A stretch of 64,000 bases of DNA from a virus, in the IMG/VR virus record IMGVR_UViG_3300015249_000001, positions 1 to 64,000 of that record, one strand, 5' to 3'. Numbering within the stretch: the stretch's first letter is position 1; each line of letters starts with the position of its first letter. The translations under genes and the position numbers were made by a program. Shown here one piece after another: positions 9,792-19,227 of the stretch. Below the pieces are notes generated by a model. It was not told the origin of the DNA, ran no database searches, and was given only the letters and a program-made list of their open reading frames with translations.

Positions 9792-10589
9792 CCGGTATTT
9801 CTTTATGCCCCGGCCCCACTTGTCCTCCACCCTGTTCACTAGGATTTGGCGTAGTAGGCGGCCACGGGTGGTCATAAGCCGGGTAATGAAAGGTCTCGAC
9901 CGGCTGTCGTTACCCAGCTCGTTGTAAGCCAAAATCTCCATACCGTGCGTCTTTGTGCTGGCATCCCCCACCAACCCTGACCTGTCCAGTAGGGAAGGCC
10001 CCCCTTCTCCCCCCGTGATGTATGCTGCCCTAAAGATAAGATCCAGGGCTTCTGATTGCCTAATGGGTGGGAAAGTGAACTCTGCTTGATACCTGTAGAC
10101 CCTGCCCCGATATTTGTATCCCCTTGATAATACATGGAAAACTACCTTGGTGCGGGTGGTGGAGGATTTCCTGGCGCCTGCAAACTGCCTGTAAGCCTTG
10201 TACATATTGCCCGTGAACTTCCAGAACAGTTCTTCCGTACCGGGTCTCTGCTTGAATTTCTGCAAGTAATACTTGCGGGTGAAAGGATGGAAGCTGACGG
10301 CCACATTCTCCCCTTGGGCATCTATAGAATCTTGTAGCCGTAGGCCTTGGCGTAAGACATTACCTACAAGGCCAAAAGTCTCCTTATAGTGTTGCTTCGC
10401 CACTAAACCTGCTTCTGGCAAGGTAACCTCCAACAGCTTGTCCACAGCGCCTTCTAGGGCAGTGTCAAAAGACCGGTTAAGGACTTGCCTTTGGTCGGGG
10501 GTGGAGGCAAAGTCAATAAGCACCCTGGCCTTCACCTGCTCGGAAACGAGGTGGGAGAAGTTGGCGGATTTAATTTTTACGCTAGGCAT
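9783..10589 (-). CDS. hypothetical virion-module protein
   Basis: 268 aa ORF, ATG 10589; co-oriented with structural genes; no motif recognised. Confidence 0.55.
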   Translation of the reverse strand: MPSVKIKSANFSHLVSEQVKARVLIDFASTPDQRQVLNRSFDTALEGAVDKLLEVTLPEAGLVAKQHYKETFGLVGNVLRQGLRLQDSIDAQGENVAVSFHPFTRKYYLQKFKQRPGTEELFWKFTGNMYKAYRQFAGARKSSTTRTKVVFHVLSRGYKYRGRVYRYQAEFTFPPIRQSEALDLIFRAAYITGGEGGPSLLDRSGLVGDASTKTHGMEILAYNELGNDSRSRPFITRLMTTRGRLLRQILVNRVEDKWGRGIKKYRLV

Positions 10590-10600
10590 TCAGGTAAGGA

Positions 10601-10798
10601 CTAATCCAGTACAAAATCATCGTCACCCCCACCCCTTCGATGCGCACTCCCTCCCGCTACCTTTGGACAGGCTGAGACTCTATGCTTCTTACTCCCACAG
10701 TAAGCACACCACATGGTGTTTCTGTTGCCCTGCCCTGCCCAGGTCTTGGGGCAATTCACCTGGGTGTGCTGCCTAGACCCGCAGTTACTGCACCACAT
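10601..10798 (-). CDS. double CCHC zinc-knuckle protein
   Basis: 65 aa; two C-X2-C-X4-H-X4-C units (CSNCGSRQHTQVNC, CAYCGSKKHRVSAC) each preceded by MW; start overlaps upstream stop (TGATG). Confidence 0.65.
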   Translation of the reverse strand: MWCSNCGSRQHTQVNCPKTWAGQGNRNTMWCAYCGSKKHRVSACPKVAGGSAHRRGGGDDDFVLD

Positions 10799-11253
10799 CA
10801 GATCAACAACCTCTGTGCCATGAAAGGCACGGCGATCATCCTGAACCCTGACAACGTATCATATGTTTGCTGCACAAGCCCCACTTGCCCAGGGACAAGT
10901 ATACCCACCAAAGGCCCTTGTGTGGCTTCAAACTCTTCGTGTATCAGGATACGCCCTCCCTGGGGGAACATTTCAGACACTGCACCTGCCAGGGCCAGGA
11001 TCTTGTAGTTGGAAGGGTCATCCGATGTCCTGGCACCGATATGGAAGACCCCGGAATACAAAGGGTCCTTGGGGGTTTCCTCCAAAGTGCCATACTCCAG
11101 CACAAGGGCAGGGGTGCTCTCCGACAAGGCTTGTGCCGTGCGCGTTGTGTCGTCCAGGTCTATGTAATCTATAGCCAGTGATGAAGCCAGGTCGAAAGCC
11201 ACCTTGTCCAGGGTGGACTTGAAGGCCAAGGAAAAGGTTGACAGGCCGCTCAT
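10798..11253 (-). CDS. hypothetical head-tail joining-size protein
   Basis: 151 aa from ATG 11253 (GGAGGAAG upstream, ATGA overlap with previous gene); track ORF begins at upstream GTG 11268. Confidence 0.55.
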   Translation of the reverse strand: MSGLSTFSLAFKSTLDKVAFDLASSLAIDYIDLDDTTRTAQALSESTPALVLEYGTLEETPKDPLYSGVFHIGARTSDDPSNYKILALAGAVSEMFPQGGRILIHEEFEATQGPLVGILVPGQVGLVQQTYDTLSGFRMIAVPFMAQRLLI

Positions 11254-11465
11254 TCCTTCTTCCTCCACCTAAGTTCTCCCAAAGTGGAAGCGGGAGAGCA
11301 CGCAGCCGTCTGCCCACAATAATCACATACCCTGTAATCCTTACAAGCGAAGGTCAAGGGGGGATTTTCTGCATACCTGACCGTACATAGCAGGCAAACC
11401 CAAGCGGGGGCTGAATCCAGCTCAGGGACTACAGGTGGAGGTAGTTCGTTGTTTAAAGTGTCCAT
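11250..11465 (-). CDS. small Cys-rich (zinc-ribbon-like) protein
   Basis: 71 aa; CLLC ... CDYC pairs; tightly packed in structural operon. Confidence 0.5.
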   Translation of the reverse strand: MDTLNNELPPPVVPELDSAPAWVCLLCTVRYAENPPLTFACKDYRVCDYCGQTAACSPASTLGELRWRKKE

Positions 11466-11468
11466 GAG

Positions 11469-12071
11469 TTACCTCTGCACTAAGGTTACGTGGTAAAGGG
11501 AGAGTTCGGGGTAGACTTCCTTGATGTCATATTCGTAAGCCCTGCCCTCAGGGCTTGTCCAGCGTAAAATGTGCTCAGGCCTTATCGCGGAGTAAGTTGG
11601 GATATACCCGTTCAGCTTGCTTTGGGTAACGTCCCTGGTGTATGTCCCGGCGACGCCAGCATACCTGTCGGTTGCGAAGGGGAACAACCCTAGGGAAGCT
11701 TCCACTTTCTCCCCAGAGACCCCTGAGGCCTTGATTTGGGGCACCAGGTTGAATAATTCTGCATAACCCACCTCAACACTCAGCAAGGTGTACTCATAAG
11801 CGTAACCCTTATCCGCTTCAATGTTAGGCTGCATACCATAAATCAAGTACTGCTCGGGGCTGGAGGTGAACCGGATAACTTGTGCCCCTGTGGGCAGCAA
11901 GGAAGGCGACAATAAGAACCTGCGGGCGAAGAAGCTTTCCGTCCTGCCTATCCAACGTCCGCTCGTAGGCAACTGTACCCTAAAGCCTAGGGGCACCCAA
12001 AGCTGCGTGGTGCTGTCAAACACCTCTGCCGTGTTGCGGCTCAGCTTGCCAAAGGCCTGTTGGAACCACAC
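11469..12071 (-). CDS. hypothetical virion-module protein
   Basis: 200 aa; GTG start abutting upstream stop. Confidence 0.55.
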   Translation of the reverse strand: MWFQQAFGKLSRNTAEVFDSTTQLWVPLGFRVQLPTSGRWIGRTESFFARRFLLSPSLLPTGAQVIRFTSSPEQYLIYGMQPNIEADKGYAYEYTLLSVEVGYAELFNLVPQIKASGVSGEKVEASLGLFPFATDRYAGVAGTYTRDVTQSKLNGYIPTYSAIRPEHILRWTSPEGRAYEYDIKEVYPELSLYHVTLVQR

Positions 12072-12527
12072 TCAGCCACCCCCGGCAACACCTGTCACAG
12101 GGTCGTATTCTGGTTCAGCCTTGCTCACCAAGGTGAACATGCCTGTGGGGTAGATTGCCCCTACTGCAGGGTTAAGTTCCTTTTCCAAGGCACCTATCCG
12201 GCGTTTCAGGTTTTCTACAAGGGCTAGGAAATCTATGTCAAACCTCTCCATAGTGTCTTGGTTTGCCGCATACTTCTTGGCTACGGCCAACTGTCCTGTC
12301 CCAATGAACATCAAGGCCCCGTAAAGCTGCGCCCAGACCGTCAACCTGAGTTCGCCTTCCTCCGTGTCGAAGACCGCCTCATGGTTTGGGAGGATAGACA
12401 TGAGACGCAACAGCATGAGCTTGTCCAGGCCGGCATTGACCAGCATTGACTCCTCAACGTCATACCCGTCTACCCCGAGGCAACCCCGGATGGCATCCGT
12501 CGTAGTGTACAATATTTTTGTAGCCAC
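12072..12527 (-). CDS. hypothetical connector/adaptor-size protein
   Basis: 151 aa; GTG 12527 with GGGGG SD 5 nt upstream. Confidence 0.55.
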   Translation of the reverse strand: MATKILYTTTDAIRGCLGVDGYDVEESMLVNAGLDKLMLLRLMSILPNHEAVFDTEEGELRLTVWAQLYGALMFIGTGQLAVAKKYAANQDTMERFDIDFLALVENLKRRIGALEKELNPAVGAIYPTGMFTLVSKAEPEYDPVTGVAGGG

Positions 12528-12536
12528 AAAACCCCC

Positions 12537-14288
12537 TTAGGCGCGTGCCTTATTGTAGCCTTCTATCGACCCGCAAGCCAGCCGGTAGAGGATGCCTATG
12601 TCGGACGCCGTGGTCCCTGAGTTAGAACAGACTATGCCATTGCCGAAGTTGTTGGCGGCGGCATTGGGGATATTGGTGGTTATTGTCTGGTCGTAAACAG
12701 CGGTGGTGCTCGTACCTGCGTAAATCCTAAAACGTACAGAAGTACCTGCGGCATTGGCTTCCACGTCAAAGGTGTAGGCGGTGTCCAAGGACGCTGAGTA
12801 AGTGGTGCCGTGCGTCGTCCCCGTACTGGCTTTTGCAGTCTTGGCACTGATGACGCCGCTGCCGTCGCATTCAAACCATGCCCCGTTGGCCACCGCCGTC
12901 GTATTGGCTATGGCGTCGGAAAACCCTATCCTGACAGTGTTGTTAGTGAACGCGGTACGCCATAGGAATTGACACTGGAACTTTCGGCTGATAACCCCAA
13001 AGTAGTCCGCCCCTGCTATGGACATATACCGGTAACCGCCGTCCGCTATAGTGGAGCTACGGATCAGCACACCCCCTGAGTTGTACCCAAACTGTGCCGC
13101 CGAGGGTAACCCGGTATTGTTGTTACCCGAGCTGAGCGCAGCCCCCAACCAAAATTGCCCATTGGCATTGGTTGTATAAATCCTGGACTCCATCCAAAAG
13201 TCCCATAACCCCAGGACGGATGGCACTGCATAATCCGTACCTGCAGTAGCGATGCTAGCAACCCCGCTACCATCCACCTTGACCAACCCAGTGGTACCTG
13301 TAAAGTCAGACGCAACCTTGTTGGCCCCTGCACTCACTTTGAGCTTGCCAGATGCTGCACTGTTGCTTGCTTGGGTTACCATGTCGGCAACTGTTGCGCT
13401 GACCCCGGAAGGTGTGGCATAGTCCGTATCTGCGACTGCAGCCCCGATCTTGCTGTCAGCGCCTACCTTAAGGATATGGCTAGTGCCCGCGTAGGTTTTC
13501 AGGAGGTGGCTGGGGCCTGCGCTAAGCTTGATAAGGTCTGCTGTCGCTGGGGTGCCAAACTCATAAGCTATGAACTCACTCTCAAGCCTGGTAGGTGGCC
13601 TATTGACGCACAAGGCCACCCAATTGACCCTGACTACGCTGTCCAGGCTGTTGGCGTCCCCCAGCAAGGTTATTTGCAGCGCCGTCAAGCTGCCTGCTAT
13701 CCAGTCGCTAGGCACAGTGGAAGCCCGCATGTCAAAGTCCAATACCCACTCGTCCCCTACCTTCAAGAAATCTGGGGTGACCACACTTTTCTGGAAGCTG
13801 CCTGAAAAACCATGCGCACCTGACCCGCCCGCGCTGGTGGAATACTGGCAAATCACATTTTCTGACAACGCCCTGGTGCTGGCCCCCAGGCTAACCACCG
13901 TGATGCTCAGTTTGACGCGGGAGTACGTTACCCCGGAAGGCCCTATGTTAAAGCTAGGGGTTATGAGCCTCGTCTGCCCGCTCACCCCATCGTTGGCCAC
14001 CTGTATCCCGGTCTCAAAGACGGAATCAAAGGTCACCTCGTTGCCTATAGGGCCTGATGTGAACCCTTCCTCGTCAGAACGGAAGGTCCATATAAGGAGG
14101 TAGTCTGTGCCTACGCTATCCTGTTGCCCTTTGACAATACCCAAATCCACAACATTGCTACTGGAATCCTTTTGGCACAAATGCCCAGTAATCGCATCCA
14201 CGAACAGCCTGACCTTGCCGGACGGGGCTGCAGCAATGTCCGCAGCCGCAGCTACGGGGAGGTCTATCTTGCCTTCTTCAAACAGCAT
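12537..14288 (-). CDS. fibre-like protein
   Basis: 583 aa; G/S/T/A-rich; shares a ~55-aa segment (QASNSAASGKLKVSAGANK...AGTDYAVPS) with the neighbouring 361-aa fibre protein. Confidence 0.65.
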   Translation of the reverse strand: MLFEEGKIDLPVAAAADIAAAPSGKVRLFVDAITGHLCQKDSSSNVVDLGIVKGQQDSVGTDYLLIWTFRSDEEGFTSGPIGNEVTFDSVFETGIQVANDGVSGQTRLITPSFNIGPSGVTYSRVKLSITVVSLGASTRALSENVICQYSTSAGGSGAHGFSGSFQKSVVTPDFLKVGDEWVLDFDMRASTVPSDWIAGSLTALQITLLGDANSLDSVVRVNWVALCVNRPPTRLESEFIAYEFGTPATADLIKLSAGPSHLLKTYAGTSHILKVGADSKIGAAVADTDYATPSGVSATVADMVTQASNSAASGKLKVSAGANKVASDFTGTTGLVKVDGSGVASIATAGTDYAVPSVLGLWDFWMESRIYTTNANGQFWLGAALSSGNNNTGLPSAAQFGYNSGGVLIRSSTIADGGYRYMSIAGADYFGVISRKFQCQFLWRTAFTNNTVRIGFSDAIANTTAVANGAWFECDGSGVISAKTAKASTGTTHGTTYSASLDTAYTFDVEANAAGTSVRFRIYAGTSTTAVYDQTITTNIPNAAANNFGNGIVCSNSGTTASDIGILYRLACGSIEGYNKARA

Positions 14289-14291
14289 GGC

Positions 14292-15377
14292 TTAGCCTAT
14301 AACGGTTGCAATCCTGGAGTCTGTCGTAGGGGCGACAAGGTAAGGCCCCACGGTGACCGTGTTGACCGTTGCCGCCACTATCCTGGGATACACCACCTCA
14401 TCGGTCGAGGCGTCCCTGACCGTCACGGACACAGCCTTGGTGCCCAGGTTATGGGTCAAGGTGTAAGTGGTCGTCGTGCCGTCCCCGAAAGTAAAGGTCT
14501 TGGACTGGGTGAAGCCGACCAGGGCGGAAGGCACCACTGCCTTGGTGGTGTTGCTCTTGGCAAGGGCTTCGGCATTGGTTGCCAAGGCTACAAGGCCCAA
14601 TACGGACTCCGTGGCCTGGTCAACATTCGTTTGCACCACTGTCCAGTTAGCCCCTACAGCAGCCTGTGTTCCGGCAGCAGAGGTGACAAAACAGAAAATC
14701 TCATCCCCCACCTGGACAGGAAGGCCGGAAGCTCCCCCGATCAAACCTGCCACGGTGATCCTGTAATACTCCCCGGCATTGGCTGCAGGGTAGTTCGGGT
14801 TGGTGGAGGCGTCAATGCCACCCATTGGCTTTGCCAGCCCAGTGATCGCAGACGCAATTGCCTGGGACACCGCTAAGGCAGAAGGTAATTGCGTACCTGT
14901 AGCCCCCGACAAGGTGGAGGAGGTGTTGAGTACCCCTGACGCCAGGTCAGCAGTTTCCAGGTTACTGATGCTGTTACCTGTGCCGTTGGCATCAAAGGTC
15001 TTGTTTGTGAAGGTGTTGGTTGAACCCGCCGTGACGTAATCAGTGCCCGCCGAGGCGGTGGACGCCACCCCGGATGCCGTCTTTATCAGCCCGTCTGAGC
15101 CAGCATAGTCCGTGATCGACTTGTCTGCACCTGCAGATACCTTAAGCTTCCCAGAAGCAGAGGAGTTGGATGCCTGTGTGACATCCCCCGTCCCTGCACC
15201 TGCCCCTGCCTCGTCCCAGGTAGTCCCGTTGTACGTACGCATCCTATTGGATACCGTATTAAAATAAGTACGGCCTACGAACAGGTTGGTAACAGGGTCA
15301 GCCGCGAGCTTTTCAAACCCCCACCCCCTAATCTCATAGCCCCCGTCAGCGGCCTTTAAATGGTCTTCAATTATCAT
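14292..15377 (-). CDS. tail-fibre-like protein
   Basis: 361 aa; GGAG SD; contains VLGLVALATNAEALAKSNTTKAVVPSAL, a motif I associate with phage tail-fibre repeats, plus AGTDY repeat units. Confidence 0.7.
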   Translation of the reverse strand: MIIEDHLKAADGGYEIRGWGFEKLAADPVTNLFVGRTYFNTVSNRMRTYNGTTWDEAGAGAGTGDVTQASNSSASGKLKVSAGADKSITDYAGSDGLIKTASGVASTASAGTDYVTAGSTNTFTNKTFDANGTGNSISNLETADLASGVLNTSSTLSGATGTQLPSALAVSQAIASAITGLAKPMGGIDASTNPNYPAANAGEYYRITVAGLIGGASGLPVQVGDEIFCFVTSAAGTQAAVGANWTVVQTNVDQATESVLGLVALATNAEALAKSNTTKAVVPSALVGFTQSKTFTFGDGTTTTYTLTHNLGTKAVSVTVRDASTDEVVYPRIVAATVNTVTVGPYLVAPTTDSRIATVIG

Positions 15378-15386
15378 GATAAGCTC

Positions 15387-15725
15387 CTAACTTAAAATTA
15401 ATGTGCCGCTGAACAAATTGGTAAAGCTGACTGTGACGTTGTTCAGGTCAACGTAGTTGATTGTGCCGCCAAACCACTCGGTACCCCCATTATCCAGCAC
15501 CCTGATGGCAGGTTTCTTTTGCATGTTGTGGGTGCAGGAAATGTTGGTGGAGTCGTTAAAGTCGAAGGTGAAGGACAGGTTGGGCTTGCCCAGTATGGTG
15601 TTCCAGTCCCCGGTACCCGGCCCTGGCGGGCCTTGGCTGCCCGTGGTGACAATAGACACCTGCGTGCTGGGGGCATTGACCACCTGCTTTTGGGTTTGAA
15701 GGACAACAGCGACTTGTTCACTCAT
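15387..15725 (-). CDS. small fibre-associated protein with short collagen-like tract
   Basis: 112 aa; GSQGPPGPGTG tract; ATGA overlap with upstream gene. Confidence 0.55.
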   Translation of the reverse strand: MSEQVAVVLQTQKQVVNAPSTQVSIVTTGSQGPPGPGTGDWNTILGKPNLSFTFDFNDSTNISCTHNMQKKPAIRVLDNGGTEWFGGTINYVDLNNVTVSFTNLFSGTLILS

Positions 15726-16342
15726 ACGGCAGTGGTGACCTCATCACAAAAAGTAGCAACGCCTGAGATCAAGGGGTCCACAATACCTGCAGCCGTGACC
15801 AGTTCAAGGTCATAGACACCGGTATCCTGGGTTATGGCTGACAGCGTGTCAGCATCCACTGACAAGACCACCTTCTTGTTGGTGGTATCCAAGGTGACCC
15901 TGCCATTGGCAGTGGTGAGCAGCAATATTTCGGTGCCCCCCACGGCAGTCTTGACCTGCATACGGGCGGAGGTGTAAGCCGACAAGTCCACGGGAGAGAG
16001 GTACACCAAGTACCCCGTGGATGCCGTGTGTGCAGGGTCCTCGAGGGTTATCTTGGCATTGAACTCTATAGTGTCGGCATCTATTACGGTCGCCTCCCTA
16101 AAGTCCTTGTTCTTTGGGGGAATGTTCAGGCTGTTCAAGCTGGTCAGCCCCTGGGCGCTGAGCACGGCAACCCTCCATTTATCTGGTAGGCCATGCGCAG
16201 GGCATACAATCCTGGCAGGGGCGGAGTTCTGTATAGTGGTTATGGGCTTGTAGATGTAAGGCATAGCCTCATACCTTAGCTCCCTGTAGAAGGAAGCCCC
16301 CCGGCAAAATTCAAGGTCAAGCTGGCCTGCACAACAGCTCAC
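15722..16342 (-). CDS. hypothetical virion-module protein
   Basis: 206 aa; GTG start with AGGAG 6-7 nt upstream. Confidence 0.55.
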   Translation of the reverse strand: MSCCAGQLDLEFCRGASFYRELRYEAMPYIYKPITTIQNSAPARIVCPAHGLPDKWRVAVLSAQGLTSLNSLNIPPKNKDFREATVIDADTIEFNAKITLEDPAHTASTGYLVYLSPVDLSAYTSARMQVKTAVGGTEILLLTTANGRVTLDTTNKKVVLSVDADTLSAITQDTGVYDLELVTAAGIVDPLISGVATFCDEVTTAV

Positions 16343-16345
16343 GGC

Positions 16346-16651
16346 TTACTCCTGGGTAGGTGGCACCACTACCCTCAAGACGCCTGCACGCACCTGCCTC
16401 TTCAACCAAGAGTTCTTTGGGTCATCAAGGTCGGCCACTTCAAGGTAGTTACGGTCGGTTATCAGGATGCCTGAAACGTGGTCCCGCAAGGGGTACGGGC
16501 CTGTGCATTGCAAGTGGACGGGGCCTTTCAGTACCTCGGTTTCTTGCTTGGTTGCGGCTTCCTCGATGGTGCTTTTTTGGGTGCTTTCATTGTCAGGCTC
16601 CGTAGGAGGTAACTTCTCAGGTTCATTTGTGTGTATTTTTGGGTTTGCCAT
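16346..16651 (-). CDS. hypothetical protein
   Basis: 101 aa; ATG 16651; first - strand gene after the HNH insertion. Confidence 0.5.
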   Translation of the reverse strand: MANPKIHTNEPEKLPPTEPDNESTQKSTIEEAATKQETEVLKGPVHLQCTGPYPLRDHVSGILITDRNYLEVADLDDPKNSWLKRQVRAGVLRVVVPPTQE

Positions 16652-16789
16652 TGGGGGTTAGCTCCTTTGTGTTAACTTTTTGAATTACAGGGTGTATAGT
16701 ACAAACACCTGGATAGCTTTGCAAGGCGATAAGCGGTTCGTCACCGTTTCCAGGAATCCTCGACTAAACCTATAACGTAAGGTGTCTAT

Positions 16790-17446
16790 ATGAGTAAAAA
16801 ACCAACAGGTGCCCCGCGCCGCATACAGCTTAACAAAGGTGACCGGTTTGGTAAATTGGTTGTCATCAAGGAAGCTGAAAAATATTCCCTGCCTTGTGGC
16901 ACTTCCCAAAGAAGGTTCCTTTGCAAGTGTGACTGCGGGAATAAGTCCGAGGTGTTCCTGAGTTTGTTGAGGAGTGGGACTACCCAGTCTTGTGGGTGTG
17001 CGGGCAAGCATGGGCATAGCAGGACGCCGGAGTATGACGCCTGGGACGCAATGGTACAAAGGTGTACAAACCCTAAGAACCCATCTTATCCAAGGTACGG
17101 TGGCAGAGGTATTACTATAGACCCCCTGTTTTTGGATTTCCCTGCTTTCCTTCTTCATATTGGAAAAAGACCCTCGAAACTGTACAGTTTAGACAGGGAA
17201 GATAACGAAAAAGGTTACATCCCCGGCAACATTAGGTGGGTTCTTAGAAGGACCCAAAATTTAAACCGCTGCAACACTAAGCTCTATGAATACCAGGGAC
17301 TATCCTTGGCCCTGTGCGAATGGGCTGAGCGCACCGGCATTCAAGAGAAAAGCTTATGGAGTAGGTTAAACGTCCTGGGGTGGTCTATAGAAAAAGCCTT
17401 GACCACTCCCGTCAACAGTGCTAAATTAAATATACCAGCCCCATAA
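16790..17446 (+). CDS. HNH/homing-endonuclease-like protein
   Basis: 218 aa; GDRFGKLVV..CKCDCG..SCGC then HGHSRTPEYDAWDAMVQRC..YGGRGI..LDREDNEKGYIPGNIRW, a pattern seen in free-standing phage endonuclease-like genes; opposite strand to flanking capsid genes. Confidence 0.65.
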   Translation: MSKKPTGAPRRIQLNKGDRFGKLVVIKEAEKYSLPCGTSQRRFLCKCDCGNKSEVFLSLLRSGTTQSCGCAGKHGHSRTPEYDAWDAMVQRCTNPKNPSYPRYGGRGITIDPLFLDFPAFLLHIGKRPSKLYSLDREDNEKGYIPGNIRWVLRRTQNLNRCNTKLYEYQGLSLALCEWAERTGIQEKSLWSRLNVLGWSIEKALTTPVNSAKLNIPAP

Positions 17447-17467
17447 GCTTACTTAGTACGCTTAGCC

Positions 17468-18697
17468 TTAAGCCCCTATAACCAAACCAGTAAAGGCTTC
17501 TGGGTAAAGCTTAAAAATGGCGGTCCCGTAATCAAAACGAAGGCCCTGCCCCCTTCTCATCACGAAAGTCTCAACCGCACTGTAGCTCGCACTGATGTTT
17601 GTCACTTGCCTTAAGGCATACCGACGGTCAAAGCCCACTACCCGGTCTGCACCCACAACAGCCGTAGGCACCAACAACAGCTTAGGCAAGGGCATCCCCA
17701 TGTTCTCGATAGAGTAATCCGCAGGGAACCGGTTAGCCTGTGAGCTAGTGTCGGTAAGCACGGTGGGTTTACCTGACCTGGCCTCGATAGCCAAGGCTGA
17801 GTCGATGTCCGTAACTACGTCAGTGACGGACATTGTTTGGTATTTTTCACGCAGCCATTTTACCCAAGCCAGTTGGGTGATAGGGTTGGCAGCATTGATG
17901 GTTGCCACCGTGTCGTAGGTGGAGGCATTCGCAAAAGTCACTGCAGCACTGCCAGTGTCCACGTCACCATTGATGATGCCAGCCATGTCAGATTCAATAC
18001 GGCGGATACGCTCACCACGGGCCTGCGAAGCCAACATCACAGCCACAAGGTCAATTGAAGTAGCTTTCAGTGCCTCATCCGCCACCATCAAGCCAATGCT
18101 CTTGGTAGGGATAGTGTAAGAACGCTGGCTCAGGGTAATGCTCACCATGACCGCAGGCTCTGCCAATTGTCCAATAGGTTGGGCTGCAGAAGCTTCTGGC
18201 CCGGTCACGTTAATCAAAGGCTGGTCAGCGCGTGGGCCAATAATGTTGTCCTTGACGGCAATCGCGTTTTCCCAGGGGATGAGATAATCATCCTTATCCT
18301 CCATAAGCACCGCATTAATCATCTGCATCATGATTTCCTGGAACAGGATGCGGCCTGAAATATTGTCTGCCCCAACACCTTGCGGACGCACCAGCGCCCC
18401 TGCCGACAAGTCGGTTACGCCGTGCATGATTTCCGCCATCGTGGTTGCACGGATACCCCTTGCAGGGTCAGGACGTACGCGGATACCCGCACAAGCGGCA
18501 AACTGCTCTAAAGGGGTGCCGTCTGGGTAAACTACCCGGTCCCCCTCCAAGACCTGCTTGACAGGGTACTTTTGTGCATAATACTGGGCCAACGACAGCT
18601 TGCTCTCTGACGCTGCCCTGTAGTCCGAGACATCCAAGGTAACTTCTGCCCTGTTGTCGTTCCTGTCGATAAAGCTTACTACGTCTTGTGCTGACAT
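17468..18697 (-). CDS. major capsid protein
   Basis: 409 aa; GGAG SD; position after protease/scaffold and decoration-like gene as in lambda-type head modules; size typical. Confidence 0.7.
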   Translation of the reverse strand: MSAQDVVSFIDRNDNRAEVTLDVSDYRAASESKLSLAQYYAQKYPVKQVLEGDRVVYPDGTPLEQFAACAGIRVRPDPARGIRATTMAEIMHGVTDLSAGALVRPQGVGADNISGRILFQEIMMQMINAVLMEDKDDYLIPWENAIAVKDNIIGPRADQPLINVTGPEASAAQPIGQLAEPAVMVSITLSQRSYTIPTKSIGLMVADEALKATSIDLVAVMLASQARGERIRRIESDMAGIINGDVDTGSAAVTFANASTYDTVATINAANPITQLAWVKWLREKYQTMSVTDVVTDIDSALAIEARSGKPTVLTDTSSQANRFPADYSIENMGMPLPKLLLVPTAVVGADRVVGFDRRYALRQVTNISASYSAVETFVMRRGQGLRFDYGTAIFKLYPEAFTGLVIGA

Positions 18698-18739
18698 TAC
18701 GGTCTCCGATAAATTAATTGAATTGTATAACCGTAACGG

Positions 18740-19183
18740 TTAAACCCTTTCCATTAGGATAGTGTCACCCACCGCACCGGTACCGGTAACGATGCTGAGA
18801 ACCTCCCAGACGAACTTTGCAGGCGAGCCTTTCTTGACAATAGGCAGGGCGTCTGCAGTGCCGAGGGCTGATTGTGCCCCAGCAACCAAGCCGTCACCCA
18901 CCACCACTGCAAGAGTGCCCCCTACTTTAGCCAGTTTGCGCTTATTTTTCTGGACGGAGCCAAAACTAAAGCCTTGGTTAACAGTGGCAGTTTCCATTGC
19001 GATGACGAAGCCCTCAATTTCATCGCCATCCGCAGCAAGCACGTAATTGTTGGCAGTGCCCTTCTTTACCAGCTTGCCCTTGTCGGCATCGACGAACTTG
19101 CCTGAGGAGTTTGCACCCAAGGCAGCACTTACAATGTCCGCCATAGGTGAATTTACTAATTCGGTGAATGCAAAAGTGGTCAT
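18740..19183 (-). CDS. head decoration-like protein (candidate)
   Basis: 147 aa; G/A/V-rich; sits between protease/scaffold and capsid gene (lambda D slot). Confidence 0.5.
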   Translation of the reverse strand: MTTFAFTELVNSPMADIVSAALGANSSGKFVDADKGKLVKKGTANNYVLAADGDEIEGFVIAMETATVNQGFSFGSVQKNKRKLAKVGGTLAVVVGDGLVAGAQSALGTADALPIVKKGSPAKFVWEVLSIVTGTGAVGDTILMERV

Positions 19184-19227
19184 ATCAAATACCTTCTAAT
19201 CAGTGTTAAGGGGAAATTTCTAAAGGC

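Noticed and set aside
16685-17158. 157-aa minus-strand ORF opposite the HNH-like gene
   Set aside because: The plus-strand frame has the recognisable Cys-cluster/HNH-like motifs and an AAGGTG SD. The minus-strand ORF has neither.
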